A stretch of DNA of 63,681 bases, the filler included, from Hausera hauseri (taxonomy: Eukaryota), in NCBI GenBank assembly GCA_046269625.1. It is 12 parts of 12 records of this genome, joined end to end, with 100 filler letters (N's around TTAATTAATTAA, not from the genome) between each part and the next. Parts side by side here need not be neighbours in the genome. Positions count along the whole stretch, not along the records: positions 1 to 5,392 come from JBJURY010263731.1; positions 5,493 to 10,376 come from JBJURY010403923.1; positions 10,477 to 14,523 come from JBJURY010794868.1; 9 more parts are not named here. One strand, 5' to 3'. Shown piece after piece: positions 1 to 10,921 of this stretch. Made by a program: the position numbers and the translations under genes. The first letter of the stretch is position 1. Every line of letters starts with the position of its first letter. The notes under the pieces are model-generated. The model saw nothing but the letters and a program-made list of their open reading frames with translations. It was not told the DNA's origin and ran no database searches.

Positions 1-2451
1 ACGTGATCTTATATATTTGGAATTGAATGAAACTGCAGACAGCTTGCACTAGCTAATTTGTGTGTTGAGCCACCATGTTTTCATCTGAAAATGTTTATCT
101 GTGCATGGGGCAAAAGCCTCTGATGTCTTCTGGGATAGCCAGCAGACACCATGGTGCCCTGGGCCAAAACTGGACAACTGTAAATAACTGTGAAGAATAA
201 AATAAAAACAAATCCATCACCTCCAGTCTACACGAGTTCATTTGAAGGCATCTGCTAAAAATAAAAAGCAATTATGCTTCTAAGAGCAAATGTAGTCTTT
301 AGACCCATAAGGCTTTTTGTTTGTGTTTGGGTTGTTTATAGTAATGGACGGGGGCAGAGAAAATATCAATAATCCCAGAGATTTCTGCAGAGATTATGTT
401 ACCCCTTTAACCTTTTTTGTATAAACGTTATTTTAAGTACAATTTGAGTTTTCGAATCAAAAGAAATTGTTCAGAAATAATGAAAATGAGTTGTTTTGAT
501 TATGGCCTTTTAAATAAAAATGACATAATAATTTTACAATTTAAGAGTCATAAAGTTTCATTGTTATATACATTTTGTAATGTTAGGAAAAATTATTTGA
601 AAATGTTCATACTGATGAAGTTTTGGATTTATTTATTTTTTCAAATATGCAACATTTCTGAAAATTAAAAAAAAGTGCCGGTTAATGCATTTCGTATTTA
701 CAGAAAAATTACGACTTCGCCAAAATATATCAGTGACAAAAATTGCAAGTTGATGTAGAAGTGTGTCAAATAAATATAGAAACACTTAATGAATATATAA
801 ATATGTTTAATTGGAAAGATAAATAGATCACATAATCAACAGACATTTTAAGCATTCGAGAAAAAATTGATATCACAGTGCGGTGCATACATTTTTTGGA
901 AAGAAGGATCGTCATCTTCCATTTGTTGTCGTGGATCAGGAGGACTATAATCAGCTGTCATTACATCTGAGTGAAAATAATCATTTATATCGTGGCACTT
1001 TTCTTTTTCATTATCACCGAAATCATCTTCAGTTTTGTACACAAACGCACGTGTCAGATTCTGTACATGTGCATGACAAACTGTCGGACTATTGGCTGGG
1101 TAAAATATTATCGGAATGGATTTTAAATTACCTATCTGGTCTTTCAAAATATGATTTCAATTTTCATAGTCCAATTTGTTATACAAACGTCGTGCGGGAG
1201 CTAAAATTATACCCGGAGAAATTATGTTTATGTCTCTGAATTTTAATGACTATTAACATATTTCAATAGTGAAAATTACGATTTATCAGTTTGAAGTTCA
1301 TCTTCAACTTTTTCGAATAGCTAGAAACGTATCAATTGAAGAAACAAAATTAAAGTAATTACCCTGTTGTAGTTATTAACTTTATGACGTTCTTTACAAC
1401 GATTTTTATTTTTATGCAAAAATTGTTTCCGTTTAACTGTTAAAACTTCGTGAGTTTTACTCTCCATTTTCTGCGAAAATCAAATAGTAATGATATTGAC
1501 TTTGTTTAACTTATAATGGATTTATTGCAAGATAATTCGGTTTCGTGATATTTTTCCACTGAATAATACTTATTATCCATTGATCCATTATGATAATTTA
1601 AATGACTATTGAATAAAAGAATTAATTATAATTTAACCAGTACATACGAATACCCTCTTCGCATAAGTTTCCATCGATTATAACTTTCTCGTGTCTTAAA
1701 TAATATAAATTTAACAAGTAGAAATAAAGCATCTAAAAATAAACAAAAAATCAAATAGTAAAAGAATTAAATATTTAAACAAATAATAAACACTACAAAT
1801 TAAATATTCAAACAAACATTCACAAACTAATATATTTTCCATCTAATCCGTTTATTATAAAAATTAAACGCTAAAATTGCCCGATCAATTTTTGATTCTA
1901 AATTTTTCAACAATAACTACCCAAAAGAGTTACCACCTTCTTAACTTACGTTATAAAAATGGTCAATTAAATTTTTAATAATTTAAATGGTGTGTAATTC
2001 TATTATTGCATTTTGTCAACTTTGTAAAAAAATTCTTATGTCATTAATTATCGTAAAATTTTTCTCCAATCGCACAATTCTTCAATTTAATAAAATCTAA
2101 AAAAATTAAAATCAACTATTAATTTTAATTTTTCCTTTTCAGGCGGGGGAGCCTTGTAAGGTTTCACCTTACAAAATACTTAAAAATAAAATTACGAATT
2201 TAAAAAACTTTATTTCCCGTAAAAATTTTTATCACATAACAAATCAAAAATTTAAAATCACGGGTTCGCCCAACATAAATCCAACAAAAACATACAAATA
2301 TATCAAAATAAAATATTTCATCAAACGAAAATTTCTCCCAAATTCTTATACTAAAATTAAATCACGAAATCACAAAATTACAAGTGCCGAAATAAGCAGC
2401 ACTTACTAAATAAAAAACAATCAAGATCTGTGGATTTAATACATTTGTTTG

Positions 2452-2577
2452 AATCCACAGATCAAGGATCGAACAGTAAATTTCAAAAGAGAAAAAGCTA
2501 CACGACGTCAATATGCCAGAAATTCAAAAAAGAAATCCACAGATCAAGGATCGAACAGAAATTTTCAAAGAAGAAAC
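2452..2577 (+). repeat. Direct repeat (period 82) with an upstream inverted copy of its first 12 nt
   Basis: aatccacagatcaaggatcgaacag occurs at 2452 and 2534. gatctgtggatt (2425-2436) is the reverse complement of 2452-2463. Confidence 0.85.
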
Positions 2578-3553
2578 ATCAAAACCAGTCAACAGGCCAG
2601 TACAAACAAATATCCCAAAAACGTCCAAACCGGGCGAACCGATCGCCAGAAACGATGCCAGGACCATCCCGGCCGACACATCAAAACGGTCAAACACAAC
2701 CCTCGGTGACAAACAAACCGTACCGACTTCGGGGTATCGTATCCCAAAGATACCCCGACCGATACATGCCAAGGCGGACAATAGTGCCGACAGTCGCACC
2801 ACCCAACAGGGCCAGGATCGACCGGATGAACGACGACACACCACCGAACGGAACGCCGCCTCCAGCGGGAAACGCCGGCGCGACACACACAAGCGAGCCC
2901 CGTACCGGTCCTACTCGGACTTTCTGACGGTACGGGAACTCCTGCAACGGAGTCGCTTTATACGACACTTGGTCGGGCTGGAGAGAGATGATCCATATTC
3001 TCTCCCAGCAAGCACGCTCCATCGGTTTTACCAGGATGGGGATAACCGTCGTCTCTTCGATTCGTCGGTTTTCCTACCGGTATTCCTACGACTGATGGCG
3101 GCAACCGACCGCCTGTACGAGTCGCTGGTCCCATCGGAGAGCCAGTTGATTCCCGGTCACCGAGCAATTGACATACCGCAGGCCAGGGCTCTGAGCTCTA
3201 GCCCAGACGAGGTTCCAGTACCGCGCCGTCGACGTCGGTTGGAGCCGATACTACTCGAATCAACACCGACGGACTCCAGTTCAGACGACGCTCCGACCCG
3301 TCCATGTCGTGCTGCCAGATGCGACCCGGCACTCTCATCAACGGACGATTCGTACGCCTCAGCAGGCGAAGACTCTGACCGCAATAAACGTTATGACTTT
3401 TATACTGTCTTATTTTTTCGTTTATTTGCATTCGTTTTCTTTTACTGTTTTGTGGCCACAGTGTTATGGAGTAGAGTTAGGGCTTTCATCAAGGCGACAA
3501 CCTCTAAAGATAGTTTCACCGCCTTCGTCAGATTTGAAACTTCTGCGAAATAA
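2513..3553 (+). CDS. Orphan 346-aa ORF in a GC-richer island, possibly transposon-derived
   Basis: Long ATG-initiated ORF within AT-rich DNA. Low-complexity R/T/S/D-rich with no recognisable domain. Confidence 0.3.
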   Translation: MPEIQKRNPQIKDRTEIFKEETSKPVNRPVQTNIPKTSKPGEPIARNDARTIPADTSKRSNTTLGDKQTVPTSGYRIPKIPRPIHAKADNSADSRTTQQGQDRPDERRHTTERNAASSGKRRRDTHKRAPYRSYSDFLTVRELLQRSRFIRHLVGLERDDPYSLPASTLHRFYQDGDNRRLFDSSVFLPVFLRLMAATDRLYESLVPSESQLIPGHRAIDIPQARALSSSPDEVPVPRRRRRLEPILLESTPTDSSSDDAPTRPCRAARCDPALSSTDDSYASAGEDSDRNKRYDFYTVLFFRLFAFVFFYCFVATVLWSRVRAFIKATTSKDSFTAFVRFETSAK

Positions 3554-3929
3554 GGCGGTTTTTTGGGTCTAACCTTATATTCATCGGATTCTCACTATTT
3601 TTCATTACTACAATCTGATTTTATATTAAATCTTAAATTCGGTAAAGATTATGGTACATTTCCAATAAATACAACTTATACTTATTGTTTATATTCTACA
3701 CTCTTTAATTTTTGTACTGAAGCCTCCGCAGCTTCTGTTCCTAATCCACTAGCTACTACTAAGCCAATAGCTTTTAGTGCTGCAATTACTGTGGGATTTG
3801 CAAAAATGCAAATCCTTCCCCACTTTGCTGTCCGGGTTTCGTTCCTATATATTGCGCCAAGCAGATGGAAGGGAGCGCATGGTACCAACCCCTCCCCAAA
3901 GTAAAGAGAAAAGATTTCGTTCGAGGATG

Positions 3930-4160
3930 AGTCATGGGGTAGAAAACATGACACATACATGCACGGTTAATAAGGCGGAGATTGGAGGCACACAGTCATG
4001 AAGTGGAATGACACAAGTAGGCGAACTGTATGGTTTTTTGGTGTGAAAAATTTTGAATTTGGCGCGAAAGAATTGTTTAAATTTTGGTTGTAAACAAAGG
4101 GATTTATGGCGCAGAGTGGGTTTCATTAATCCCACCCCCTTTTGTTTTAATTTTGAAAAC
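3930..4160 (+). repeat. Interspersed repeat family, copy 1
   Basis: Colinear with the reverse complement of 35890-36105, including an identical 18-mer TTTGAATTTGGCGCGAAA. Related segments occur at 5240-5340 and 53460-53900. Confidence 0.85.
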
Positions 4161-4198
4161 TTGATATAAAGACCCATGTGAAAGTGTCACTTATAAAA

Positions 4199-4492
4199 AT
4201 GTCTCAACCAGATATCTTGGCATCATTTAAATCAAAAATGACAGTTTATGCAGCAGTGATTAAGTTGAAACAAGAAGATATTCAGCGAGGATTACATGAA
4301 TTGCAGGCTTTGTTTACCATAACGGATGATTTAGCATATGTAGAAACGGAGATTCTGTTGGAGGTAATACGAAGCATATTGATTATTGTTAGTCCAATGA
4401 TTGAAAAATTAATCAGAATGACAGAAGAATTAGAAAACAGTCAGAAGGAACTGAACAATGCAATTAATGACTTTACTAAATATGGACAATGA
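4199..4492 (+). CDS. Small intronless 97-aa helical/coiled-coil protein, function unknown
   Basis: TATAAA at 4165-4170, A-rich context before the ATG at 4199, and AATAAA at 4500-4505 just after the stop. Heptad-like C-terminus (IEKLIRMTEELENSQKELNNAINDF). Confidence 0.55.
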   Translation: MSQPDILASFKSKMTVYAAVIKLKQEDIQRGLHELQALFTITDDLAYVETEILLEVIRSILIIVSPMIEKLIRMTEELENSQKELNNAINDFTKYGQ

Positions 4493-4666
4493 TATTTGTA
4501 ATAAATCTTGTAATCAGTGACTTGTTGTTTTTATTGCTATAGAAAACAAAACACATGTAAAAGTTTTATTATATATCAGTTTACTAATAAATACACTAAA
4601 CATGCAAGTCCTTTAGATTTTTCTTCGTTCCATCTCTTTTGCATCAATATGGACAGTTGTTGGTTA

Positions 4667-5115
4667 TTAGGCTTCAGGCATAATTCTATATTTGTGCAAT
4701 ATACCACTTTCAATTGTATCAGTTAATTGTTTAAGAAGATTGGTAATATCGAAATCTTTTCCATAAGTGTCAATTTCAGTACCATAGGCATTACACTGGT
4801 TAATCATTGATAGTTGATCCACATAATCATTAAACGTTCTTTTGCTCTCATCTGAATCATTTTTACACTCTTCACAATCCTATTAAAATAATTAAATAGA
4901 GTATATTGAACATAAAATTATACGCTTATCACAGGAGTTTCCTCTTCTTCAATTGTATCGTCCGTTTCATCCACAACAGTGTCATCAGCTATTTCATTAA
5001 ATTGTTCTGTGTCATCAGCTATTTCATTAAATTGTTCTGTGTCATTTGGGTTAATAATTACGACTTTACCATTGTCGTCAGTGTCAACTTGAAGACAGAT
5101 GGTTTGTATTCCATT
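4667..5115 (-). CDS. Two-exon acidic protein fragment, 5' end missing
   Basis: Exon ~5115-4924 (NGIQTICLQVDTDDNGK...EEEETPVIS, with a 30-bp tandem duplication), a 44-nt GT..AG intron at 4923-4880, and an in-frame exon 4879-4667 (DCEECKND...YRIMPEA*). Confidence 0.45.
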
Positions 5116-5392
5116 TTAGTAGGGGGAAGTGAGCGCACCGCACCAACACCCCCCAGGATCGATAATCAATATTGCATAGGAATTTTGTATGGGGAATTTT
5201 GAAAATCAATATATTGATTTTGAAAATCAATATATTGATTGGTGCAGTCGTGGTTTCACTATTCCCACCCCCGAAAAAATATTGATTGGTGCAGTCGTGG
5301 TTTCACTATTCCCACCCCACTTTTGTTTAAATTTTGCAAAGTTAATACCATTGTCACTTAATAAAATGTAACAACTAAAGAATTTACACTAA

Positions 5393-5492
5393 NNNNNNNN
5401 NNNNNNNNNNNNNNNNNNNNNNNNNNNNNNNNNNNNTTAATTAATTAANNNNNNNNNNNNNNNNNNNNNNNNNNNNNNNNNNNNNNNNNNNN
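5393..5492. other. Artificial contig-joining spacer (44 N + TTAATTAATTAA + 44 N); first of 11
   Basis: The same 100-nt six-frame-stop spacer recurs at 10377-10476, 14524-14623, 21618-21717, 26039-26138, 31341-31440, 35721-35820, 40846-40945, 49293-49392, 53980-54079 and 59472-59571. A separate 10-N gap lies at 55126-55135. Confidence 0.99.
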
Positions 5493-5496
5493 TCCT

Positions 5497-7191
5497 ATGG
5501 TACCTCCGGTTACCATCGAAGAACTTACCGAAGGAGTGAAAACTACTGACGATTTTCTTAAAAGATTAAAAGGAATCAAATTGTCTCCTAATTGCAAGAA
5601 ATTTATAAATGAAACAAGAAAAGAAGAAAACGAACCGCTAACAGATGAAAAACCTCCATTGATAATCGACGAAACTGAAGAAACAGATTTACATAGAAGA
5701 ATGAATAAAGTAAAAAGACCAGCCCGAAAACGAGCAGAGGAGAAACAACAGGCACAAAGAGTAACATATCCAGTAGAAATTGAGAGTAACACGACCTATC
5801 CAATTGAAGCAATACCGCCAATAATCAAAAGAAAACCTACTACGAGGAAGATGCGTTTATATAAACCCAGCAACATCAGAGTTGGTAAAAAGAAAGCTCA
5901 AACACCCGTCGATGTAATGCAAGAAACCCTCTGTGATACGACTGATTACAGTTTCGGAGATGACATAAACATTGCCGACTTCAACGAATATGATTTGGAT
6001 ACATTTTATCTTGATAAATTTCCAGATGATGAAATAGATGAAGGAATAGGAACTCGACCAACTTTACTTAAAAGAATGATTGCTCTACAAGAGTTTCCTG
6101 AGGAATTAGATGACTTATTAATGGCATATCTCAACAAGGATGAAAATATCCAAGAGATTTTAGAAGCTGCCGAAAAGTTAGCTAGCAAAGCGGCAGACAA
6201 ATGGAGATACAATGCTACACCACGGACATTGTTGAAATTATTAGGAAAATATTTGCTAAGTAATAAAGACTATGTAGATCAGAAAATTATAGTTCGACCT
6301 TTTGTTAATGGAACTGTTTTTCCTAACCTAGAGATGAGTCTAGACAGTCGAGTTGCATATCTTGAACAGATGATTAAATGTCAAACCAAGAGAACCATGA
6401 ATAAAATTTTAGATTCAGAAGAATTATTAATAAATGTTGGATTGATACCCACAAATATCAACGCGGTTAAAGTTACGCCAACAAAGGAATTAACTCAAGA
6501 GGAGGCTAAGCGGAAGATAATAAATGGAGAAAATATACATGAAGATGAATCTATCATGTGAGCTCAACATAAACAAGAATATCTACAAAATTTGCAGGAA
6601 ACAACAAAGGAAAACTTGAAGAAACCACTTATTGATACAAACGATGAGGAAATCGTACAGCCAATAGTAAGAAAAACATTGTTTGACCTTAACAAGCGCG
6701 GTAGATTTAACAAATTAATAACAGTTGCTAGGAACTTTGCTACTCAAATAATGGATTATGAAACCTTAAAACTGCGCAAAGAATACAAAGAGGTAAAGAA
6801 ACCAGCTAGAGAAATATATTACATAAAAGTTGGAAAAGATCCACTAACTCTTCGATCTCCAAAGTGGAAGAAACTAGTTAAAGAGCAATTAAAATTTATG
6901 GAAACCCTTAAGAAAAATTCACAAAGGAAGAACTTCACAATTGATGACGTTGTACAGCTAATCCTAAAGAAACCATCTCGTGTAAATTTTGAAAAAGCGA
7001 TGCTGTTATTAATATCCGAGACACTTAATGAACCTGAATTGAAAAATACAACATGCAAAATAATTCATGTTAGCAAATCAATAATCCCACAAATCAAAAG
7101 ATGGAGTGATTTATTTTTACAAAACGAAAACGAAAAACAATTCGAGATAGAACGATCAAATGTAAAAAAGCTTTTCAGGAAATTACTTTAA
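5497..7191 (+). pseudogene. N-terminal unknown region of a retroelement-like polyprotein (about 565 codons, one in-frame TGA)
   Basis: ORFs 5497-6561 and 6592-7191 are in the same frame, separated only by TGA 6559-6561. No recognisable gag motif. Confidence 0.5.
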
Positions 7192-7280
7192 ATGCATATC
7201 AGGCAGAAACTGTCTCCATTGTCATGGAAAAAATGACGAGCCAATTAGAAGAAGAAATCTAGAAAAGTGATGGTGTAAAG

Positions 7281-9127
7281 TCCAGTGGAATATTCTTGCA
7301 ACTAATATTACTCTTATTGGTGTTGTTTTAGAATTTCAGAAGGACTGGAACAATATTGGCCTATGATTGTGACCAAATATACGAAGGAAGCTACTACTCA
7401 TTGATGGATCTTCAATCATGCCCGGATGCCCTTCCAAAAAAATTAGAGACTCAAATAAAGAATTTATTTATTTACTATGATAAAACTATGTTACACTTAG
7501 AAGGATTAGAGTGTTCTCTACGCGTATCTCGTACTATTTCTTATTGCGGTCACCTACACAACGACTCTTACATTAAACCTACCACTATACCTAAATAGGT
7601 GTCAGTAAATCCAACATTGTAGAGATGCGGGAGAAACCCAGCAACTGAAATGGGGAGACATCTTATTGACCGCCATAAAAAGACAAGTTACTCAACAAGA
7701 AAAATGGATTGCTGGTTACAAAGATAAAAAAGGCAATAGTAAAGGAGGAAATTTTTATACCGGAAAAAGTATAGAAGCAGGTATCGTAGTGCGTGATCAG
7801 TACGAGATTGAAATTAAGGATAATACTTATATTTTCAAGACTAGTACAAATACAATGATAGACGCATCCTTTTGTAAGTTACAAACAGGATATTGTCATA
7901 CAAGAACATCTACGATAATTTGGACACCACCAACGAGTTACGATTGTACATTGGTACAAATCAGAAAGGGAGAATTTAGTGTCACTACAGGAAAACGTTA
8001 TGCCCGCCACTATGAAACTAATTTCGAGCATACTAATATCCAAGTTATTCCGGAAATAAAAACTGCTAAGTTTGTAATATCCAAGGATATCAAAGGAGGA
8101 GTCAAATTTATACAGAAGGATGCTATTACAAAGTGTGGACAACAAGTATTTAGTACAAACTACGATAACTACATTATATCAGAAAGAGAAATTAAAGGCG
8201 CAGATAATTCGCCTACCATAAGGCTTAGCTAGTGAATATTGCCGATTACATTGCAAATCGAGATGACTTTCTATTCTATCTAACTTATAAAACAATCGAA
8301 GAAATATATTCGGAGACAATTCAAAATTTTTGTAGAGTGAATTTCGAAACTCTAAGAAATCGTTTGGCCATTTATGCATCTAACTCAGAGATGATCACAA
8401 TAACCCTTCCTTTTGGCGAAGGAATTCAGGGCAAAGTCCTATGAGAAGTGTTATATACATACAAATGTAAACGATTAAACCTACCCTTGATTACTGGTAC
8501 TCCTTGCTACTTGGAGATACCCGTTAAGTATAATGAAGAAATCCGATACGTTCAACCAATTACCAGAGTACTTCTGGCAACACACACAATACCCACTGAA
8601 ATCCAAAATTGTTCGGCATTAAATAAACCATTTATCAAGTACGACAATCAGGACATTTGGGTTAGATTACCGGATAGAGAGAGTTAAAGAAAGACCTAAG
8701 AAATTAAGTATGGCTAATTTGAAGCATGCAATTGAAACCGATATGTGTATGGATGTGTCAAAATCCGCATTATATAGCAAAAAAGAAATTGGTTCATTTG
8801 TGAAGTTTTTAGTCTATCCCCGACAGAGAGCAAATAGTAAATCGCGGAATACACCGAGTCATCGACGATACAGTAGGAGATGGAAAATGGGACAGGTTAT
8901 GGACACCTGACGCCTATACTAAAATCGTTTCAAATTTGTGGTATAAAATGTGGGGTGGATTCCTGAAATTCGGCCAAGCAGCTTCAGGGTTTCTTGCCAT
9001 ATACTTCATTATACAGACCCTGAAAGTCTGTATCAATTCCGTATTAAATGCTTATGAGATTTATAATCTAATTGGACTATCGCTGAGCATAATGAGCTCT
9101 ATTTTCCCCATTTGGCAAATCTATTAA
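7281..9127 (+). pseudogene. Chuvirus-like (class III, gB-related) envelope glycoprotein, fragmented
   Basis: Signal-like GIFLQLILLLLVLF in frame with LAYDC..YSLMDLQSC. Also ECSLRVSRTISYCG, CKLQTGYC..IIWT, LYTYKC, CYLEIPV..YVQPITRVL, and the C-terminal MWGGFLKFGQAASGFLAIYFIIQTLK..AYEIYNLIGLS transmembrane block. Order and spacing match chuvirus-type glycoproteins. Several stops and frameshifts. Confidence 0.8.
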
Positions 9128-9293
9128 AGCTTATCATGCGAAACAATGGCGAGGAAAATTAGAAAAACATATTGGCTATAAATAAGAGAAACAATTTCTG
9201 GAGGACACTCCATCAAGTTCAGATGACAGAAATGCCCCTAAGTATTATCCTACAACAAGGATTCCTAAAGATACGAGGAGAAAATTAAAGGTT

Positions 9294-10376
9294 ATGAAGC
9301 CAAAGAAAAAGGATAAACAAAAATTACCTGCTGCACCATATGATAATAAAACAATGCCTATTTGTAAATTACCAAATCTAACAGATTTAACGGATCCTTA
9401 CGCAAAAAAGGAAGATTACATAAAATTATGTAACTTGCCAAAATACCCTCAGGAAGAGATACTTCAATCCATTATTATACGGAACATGGAAAGCAATCGA
9501 GTAACATTACCTGCTTTACCCAAAATGGGTACTTTACCCTCGGTACCTTATTATCAAGTAACTAGATTAATAGAAACTCAGTCAGACGGACGATTTCATT
9601 TAACTACTTCCGAACTTAACAATAAACAACAGACAACATTAAAGAATGTCAGTTGCTATCCAGACTTGACTGAACTGAAAGATAAACACAAAATATCAGA
9701 AACTGATACTCAATCACTGGATAGTTTAACGGTCATTTTATCTAATAGCACCAACCGACATTGTTTGTCTAGTTACACTTTGATGGAACCGCATATTGAC
9801 GATCACAACGATGTATTAACGTTCCTTGAACTATTACGAGACAATAAACCATATACCACAGTCCATTTTGGTACTTTTGACTTCAATGCTATGGTAGACA
9901 CAGGAGCAAACGTTGCGTTAATAGCGAACCATGCAATTCCAGAAGAATTACAATCTCAAATAAAATTGGCAACTAAAGACTCACCCGGTACTACTACGGC
10001 TTTCCAGCAATGCAGTAAACCTTATGGATATTGAAAAAGTGAACCATGGATTTGAGGACAGAGAGTCAAGATAACTTTTCATGTAATAGTTACTTTGGAT
10101 CCGCGATGCATTTTGGGTATGAACGTGTTGCGAAAGTTGGAAAGTATACACATAAACCTACAATCAGGATCAATTTGTCCGAATAATGAAGATAAACCCC
10201 GTAATTAAAATAAAATAGACATATAGTTAGGACATGTTGAAAAAATACCACCCAATTTCCCAATTGTTATACACGCTAGAACAGTCTTTCCAGACAACCA
10301 TGTCATTGGGTATGTACCAAAATTTCTTCGAAATGAGCTTATATTACAACACTATTGCGTTAATGTAATCGGAGGA
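9294..10376 (+). pseudogene. Retropepsin (aspartic protease) region of an LTR-retroelement pol, truncated at the contig end
   Basis: AMVDTGANVALI active site, then FHVI..LDPRCILGMNVL after a stop/frameshift, then a Gypsy-like post-protease linker (KIPPNFPIVIHART). Confidence 0.75.
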
Positions 10377-10499
10377 NNNNNNNNNNNNNNNNNNNNNNNN
10401 NNNNNNNNNNNNNNNNNNNNTTAATTAATTAANNNNNNNNNNNNNNNNNNNNNNNNNNNNNNNNNNNNNNNNNNNNCATTAGAATATCAAATACAATAG

Positions 10500-10889
10500 T
10501 TGCGGGCCGAAAACGCAGCCCTACATAATACAATAAACAATATCAACGATAGATTAAATGAAATCTCTATGACTCAACGAAAGTATTTCGCCTACGATCA
10601 CACATGCTGTGTACCCAGAGGTCGATCACCTTCGCCTGCGCAATCGCTGATCTGTTTTTACCATGATAGGTTTGCTCATAAAGCACAAAAATATCATCTC
10701 GGGTACGGCTTTTACACCCAAAAGTATCAAGTTAACAATACTATTTGCATTTACCATGCAAAGTTTAAGCATTACGCACATAAGTGTATCCCTGGTTGTT
10801 CCTTTAGAAGAAACACTCAACATACGAACGTCGGACGTTCTGTCTTAACTTCTAACAGCCGCTTAAGTTCACCACTTCCAAAAAACTAG
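10500..10889 (+). CDS. gag: Gag C-terminal fragment with two CHCC-type zinc motifs
   Basis: CFYHDRFAHKAQKYHLGY (degenerate) and CIYHAKFKHYAHKCIPGC; ends PKN* at a slippery site. Confidence 0.8.
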   Translation: MRAENAALHNTINNINDRLNEISMTQRKYFAYDHTCCVPRGRSPSPAQSLICFYHDRFAHKAQKYHLGYGFYTQKYQVNNTICIYHAKFKHYAHKCIPGCSFRRNTQHTNVGRSVLTSNSRLSSPLPKN

Positions 10890-10921
10890 TTCCGCCGCCA
10901 GAGCTTCCGGCGAGTCCTGGC
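10880..10921 (+). promoter_or_regulatory. -1 ribosomal frameshift signal (A AAA AAC plus pseudoknot), copy A
   Basis: In-phase heptamer 10880-10886 immediately before the gag stop, a 6-nt spacer, stem cgccg/cggcg, and loop ccag pairing with downstream ctgg. Confidence 0.75.

Noticed and set aside
848-1320. Minus-strand ORF with a possible 36-nt intron (similar case at 31790-32300)
   Set aside because: Plausible host exons but no recognisable homology; cannot be supported.
5437-5448. Recurrent TTAATTAATTAA motif
   Set aside because: Synthetic six-frame-stop linker centred in N runs; not biological.
7170-7200. Possible programmed frameshift between ORF 6592-7191 and the glycoprotein frame
   Set aside because: No in-phase X XXY YYZ heptamer, and the region has many other lesions, so a decay indel is more likely.
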